Of a stretch of 32,000 nt of DNA, positions 28,423 through 32,000 are shown one piece after another (the stretch's first letter is position 1; every line of letters starts with the position of its first letter). Below the pieces are notes generated by a model that was given only the letters and a program-made list of their open reading frames with translations, searched no databases and was not told where the DNA came from. The position numbers and the translations under genes were made by a program. This stretch comes from an uncultured Opitutales bacterium (lineage in GTDB: Bacteria; Verrucomicrobiota; Verrucomicrobiia; Opitutales; UBA9783). The stretch is taken from positions 300,001 to 332,000 of the forward strand of contig CAKUSQ010000001.1 in assembly GCA_934691225.1 (NCBI GenBank). Reading direction: 5' to 3'.

Positions 28423-30639
28423 ATGCGAAAAAATTTTATAAAAATTATCCTTTGTAGTTGTTTAATAAACAATTTCTTAATTGTCCAAGCAGCTCACTTA
28501 GAGCCAACCTCGACAATGCGAACAGAAACCATTTTTATGGTACAACTGCTGGAACAATTGCACTATTCACAACAAAAATTAAATGCCATTCCTAGCAACA
28601 AAATAATTCAAAATTACTTGACTGTTTTAGATCCTCAAAAGATGTTCTTTTCAGATAAACAAGTAACTGATTTTATCCAAAAATATGGCTTTTCACTAGA
28701 ACTTTTATGGCGTGGCGGCAGCTTAACACCTGGCTTTGAAATTTTTAACAGCTACCAAAACAGTTTGGAAAAACGCATTCATTGGATCACTCAACGCCTT
28801 GATAAAAACTTTGATTTTAACACAAAAACCATTTATAAATACGAACGTAAAGACGTAAATTGGGCTCCTAATCTTTTTGCTTTAGATCAAGAGTGGGAAT
28901 ATCGTTTGCAACATGAAATGTTAAATGAAATGCTATGTACTTCCACATCAGAACTAGAAGATTCTTCTGTAAAAACCACTGAAAATCTTCAAGAAATTAA
29001 TGAAGAAAAAGCCTTTCAAAACGAATCTAAAGCACGAGAAAATTTAAAAAAGCAATACAATAATATCGCTAAATTGTATCAGGATTTAGAACCTGTCGAT
29101 GTTCAAGAACTTTATAGTAATGCATTGAGTCAATGTTACGATCCACACACGGTTTTCTTTTCAACCGATTCGATGGAAGATTTTTCTATAAGCTTATGGA
29201 ACTCATTAGTAGGAATTGGTGCATGCCTTTCAGAAGATAAAGGAACGTGTACCATTAAGGAAATATTACCTGGAGGTCCCGCAGAACATAGTCAAAAACT
29301 TCACGCAGGTGATAAAATTTTAGCGGTTGCTCAAGGGAAAAAGGACTTTGTCAGCATTCAAGGAATGAAATTAAGGAAGTCGGTTAAACTTATTCGTGGC
29401 CCCAAAGGTACATTGGTCCGTTTGTTAATACAACCGGCGGATGGAGAACCTTCCGATAGAAAAATTGTAGAACTTATTCGCGATGAAATAAAATTAGAAA
29501 ATAACCTAGCTTCTGCTAAAATTTTTTACTTAAAAGATTCTAATCAACAATTTCATCGTATTGGTCTCATTGACTTACCCGCCTTTTATGGGCAAGAAAA
29601 TCCCGATAAGCTTTCGGAACATTCTTTAACTAACGATGTAAAAAACCTCATTGAACAAATGAAAGTTTATAATATCGAAGGAATTATTCTAGATATGCGA
29701 CGAAATGGCGGTGGATTACTTACGGAAGCAATCAATCTTTCAGGACTTTTCCTCAACGAATGTCCTGTTGTACAAGTAAAAGATGCTGCTAATCACATTG
29801 TTCATCAATACAGCGAAAATAATACCTGTGTATGGACAGGACCTTTGCTCATTTTAACATCACGTTTTAGCGCATCTGCTTCTGAAATTGTCGCAGGAGC
29901 ACTTCAATGTTGCCATCGAGCCCTTATCTTTGGATCACAAACAACACATGGGAAGGGTACTGTTCAAGCCATCATTGAAATGGATAAGCTATCAACCCTT
30001 TCTAGGTTTTATGCAAAATTAGGCGCTCTAAAACTAACATTACAGAAATGGTACCTACCTAATGGACAATCCACACAGCTACATGGTGTACGTTCAGATA
30101 TTTCACTAAATTCTATTTACGATTGTCTCCCTATTGGTGAAGCTGACCTACCCAATGCATTAAAATGGGACTGCGTTGCACCTATGCCTTCAAAGCAAAT
30201 TACTAATTCATCCTGCAAACTTATATACCCTGGCCTGATACAGTTTTTGGTTCATATGCAACACCAGCGACAAAAAACATTTCCTATGTACGATTGGTAC
30301 GAAAAACAAGCTCACTGGTTTTCAAAAAAATACAACCAAACTGAATTCTCTCTCAATTTAAAAACACGTATTCAAAACATCAACGAAGAGCGAAATTTTC
30401 GCAAAAAACTGCAAGAAGAAAGTAAACGTCTAAATTCGTATAAACTTTTTTATAAACCATTCTATCTAAGTGATGTACAAACGCAAAAAGTAAAAACAGA
30501 AGCATCTTTCGATCTATTTGAATATGAAGCCTTAAACTTAATGGCAGATTGGTTGCTTTATCACACGCAACAAAATTTTAACTTTATTCAATGGACCTAT
30601 ACCATGAAACTAAAAAAATCGCTTCAACTTTTATTGTAA
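28423..30639 (+). CDS. prc: tail-specific (C-terminal processing) protease, S41A family
   Basis: 738 aa with a signal-like N-terminus. PDZ domain (ILPGGPAEHSQKLHAGDKILAV). Catalytic Ser region SRFSASASEIVAGALQ and Lys region HGKGTVQ. Starts immediately after the rhomboid stop. Confidence 0.9.
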   Translation: MRKNFIKIILCSCLINNFLIVQAAHLEPTSTMRTETIFMVQLLEQLHYSQQKLNAIPSNKIIQNYLTVLDPQKMFFSDKQVTDFIQKYGFSLELLWRGGSLTPGFEIFNSYQNSLEKRIHWITQRLDKNFDFNTKTIYKYERKDVNWAPNLFALDQEWEYRLQHEMLNEMLCTSTSELEDSSVKTTENLQEINEEKAFQNESKARENLKKQYNNIAKLYQDLEPVDVQELYSNALSQCYDPHTVFFSTDSMEDFSISLWNSLVGIGACLSEDKGTCTIKEILPGGPAEHSQKLHAGDKILAVAQGKKDFVSIQGMKLRKSVKLIRGPKGTLVRLLIQPADGEPSDRKIVELIRDEIKLENNLASAKIFYLKDSNQQFHRIGLIDLPAFYGQENPDKLSEHSLTNDVKNLIEQMKVYNIEGIILDMRRNGGGLLTEAINLSGLFLNECPVVQVKDAANHIVHQYSENNTCVWTGPLLILTSRFSASASEIVAGALQCCHRALIFGSQTTHGKGTVQAIIEMDKLSTLSRFYAKLGALKLTLQKWYLPNGQSTQLHGVRSDISLNSIYDCLPIGEADLPNALKWDCVAPMPSKQITNSSCKLIYPGLIQFLVHMQHQRQKTFPMYDWYEKQAHWFSKKYNQTEFSLNLKTRIQNINEERNFRKKLQEESKRLNSYKLFYKPFYLSDVQTQKVKTEASFDLFEYEALNLMADWLLYHTQQNFNFIQWTYTMKLKKSLQLLL

Positions 30640-31437
30640 ATGTTAATATCAAGTAAAACAAACCCAAAGTATAAGTACTTACTTCAATTAAGTTCTGCTC
30701 ATAAACATAAACAATCTATGTTTTTGATTGAAGGATTTCGTGAAGTATCGCGTGCTCTTAAAGCTGGTATAAATCTTGAATACATGATTTTTAACCAAAC
30801 ATCATTTCAGTTACCTAGCGTAAAAGAAAACTTTGGTGAATTTACAGAAAATCATCGATGCCTTGTTTTCCCTAACAACTTATTTAAAAAATTAAGTTTA
30901 CGTGACAATCCTGATGGCATCATGGGTATAGCTCAAAAATGGAGTCCTAAATTTCTTCGATCTAATCTAAAAAAAGATGGTTTATATTTGTTAGTAGAAG
31001 GTATTGAAAAACCAGGTAATTTGGGAGCACTCATGCGATCTGCTGAAGCTACAGCTGTTGATGGCTTTTTTATTGCAAATCCCGTTGTAGATATTTTTAA
31101 TCCCAATGTAATTCGTGCTTCTCAAGGAGCTGTTTTCAATTTAAACATTTATTGGGATTCCTCTGAAAATCTACTAAATTTGTTAAAAACAACTTCCTTG
31201 CAACTGCTAGCAACAACGCCACATGCCCAACAAATGTACTGGGATTGTGATATGCGAAAAGGCAGCGTTATTTGCATTGGAAGCGAAGCTTATGGACTCA
31301 GCCACTTGTGGCTTCAACAAGCGACCCCCATCACAATTCCAATGTATGGGCAATCCGCAGATTCTTTAAATGCAGGAGTTTCTGGCACATTATGCCTTTA
31401 TGAAGCACAACGACAACGCCGTACAACATCATGTTAA
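30640..31437 (+). CDS. TrmH/SpoU-family RNA 2'-O-methyltransferase (RlmB-like)
   Basis: 265 aa. N-terminal substrate-binding domain plus SpoU knot motifs EGIEKPGNLGALMRSA, IGSEAYGLS and IPMYGQSADSLNAGVSGTLCLYE. Confidence 0.88.
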   Translation: MLISSKTNPKYKYLLQLSSAHKHKQSMFLIEGFREVSRALKAGINLEYMIFNQTSFQLPSVKENFGEFTENHRCLVFPNNLFKKLSLRDNPDGIMGIAQKWSPKFLRSNLKKDGLYLLVEGIEKPGNLGALMRSAEATAVDGFFIANPVVDIFNPNVIRASQGAVFNLNIYWDSSENLLNLLKTTSLQLLATTPHAQQMYWDCDMRKGSVICIGSEAYGLSHLWLQQATPITIPMYGQSADSLNAGVSGTLCLYEAQRQRRTTSC

Positions 31438-32000
31438 AAACATTGATTATAGATAATTTAACACTTATCCACCACGTTGAACTTGACTTCAATGCAGGAC
31501 TTATCTGTTTTACAGGAGAAACGGGTGCCGGGAAAAGTGTATTTTTAAGTGCGTTAAAACTGCTTGCAGGCCAACGATGTGAACGCATGGCTCTACGCCC
31601 TGGAACAGAAACCTGCAAAATTGAAGCTTTATTTTCATTTAGCCAAGAACAATGCACAGCTATCGACGCACTTTTAACTTCACACGATATTCCTGCTTGT
31701 GAAAATGGAGAACTTATTTTGCGGCGATCTTTTGGGAAACAACAAAAAATTTCTATCAACGGTACGTTAACTTCACTAAATTTACTTAAATCTCTTGGCA
31801 AATTTTGGTTAGAATTTCATACACCTAATGAACCTCAACGTTTATTTTCTAAACAAGTTCAAATGGAATTATTAGATCGATTTGCTAATATTGAACAGCA
31901 AGCGCACAATTATCAAATAAATTTCAGGGAATATACCCAACTTCAACAACAACTACAAACATTAATTCAAGAGGTAAGATCCAATCCTGGCGTCATCGAT
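31431..32000 (+). CDS. recN: DNA repair protein RecN, 5' partial (runs off the window)
   Basis: Not in the ORF track because it has no stop in the window. My translation from ATG 31431 is MLKTLIIDNLTLIHHVELDFNAGLICFTGETGAGKSVFLSALKLLAG... with SMC-type Walker A, followed by ILRRSFGKQQKISINGT. Overlaps the trmH-family stop by 7 nt. Confidence 0.88.
   Translation, partial: MLKTLIIDNLTLIHHVELDFNAGLICFTGETGAGKSVFLSALKLLAGQRCERMALRPGTETCKIEALFSFSQEQCTAIDALLTSHDIPACENGELILRRSFGKQQKISINGTLTSLNLLKSLGKFWLEFHTPNEPQRLFSKQVQMELLDRFANIEQQAHNYQINFREYTQLQQQLQTLIQEVRSNPGVID

Noticed and set aside
31025-31032. GAGCACTC resembles a CIRCE half-site.
   Set aside because: It lies inside the TrmH-family coding sequence (it encodes part of GNLGALMRSA). 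No inverted partner occurs 9 nt away, and it is not near any chaperone gene.
31331-31801. A 156-aa minus-strand ORF spans the trmH-family/recN junction.
   Set aside because: It is antisense to two well-supported genes. The plus-strand translation gives canonical SpoU and RecN motifs, and the minus-strand product has no recognisable features.

Overview
AT-rich (roughly mid-30s % GC by eye, not computed), tightly packed Gram-negative chromosomal segment that is almost entirely housekeeping. I call 26 protein-coding genes, 1 multiply disrupted pseudogene and 2 tRNAs. Calls rest on motif recognition only; no searches were run. Order, left to right: OMP-like barrel (-), HPr (+), tRNA-Ser(GCU) (+). 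Then a long minus-strand block: xerC/D-like recombinase, der, an orphan Cys-rich secreted protein, gatB-gatA-gatC-pheT (translationally coupled), groEL-groES-dnaK (one apparent operon). Then a mostly plus-strand block: SAM methyltransferase plus its decayed tandem paralog, pntAA-like dI subunit, rarA, a divergent birA-like ligase, an eroded RtcR-like ORF (-), ftsK, truA (-), tRNA-Lys(UUU), dimeric-dUTPase-like ORF, lgt, nfeD, rhomboid, prc, a TrmH-family methyltransferase and the recN 5' end. Chaperonin sequence and Cys-rich envelope proteins suggest a PVC-type (chlamydia/verrucomicrobia-like) host-associated lineage, but that is only a guess. I found no CRISPR array, IS element, prophage or recognisable defence system. 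The most unusual signals are: (1) a sigma54-type -24/-12 element with two upstream palindromes in enhancer-like geometry in front of dnaK-groES-groEL, with no CIRCE or other classical heat-shock operator; (2) an intact 361-aa ORF collinear with RtcR (CARF-like N-domain plus sigma54 AAA+ core) in which every catalytic motif is destroyed; (3) an orphan 558-aa secreted protein with 18 Cys. Signs of genome erosion and compaction include the methyltransferase pseudogene, an orphan pntAA, a degenerate BirA loop, and convergent genes that abut with no spacer.
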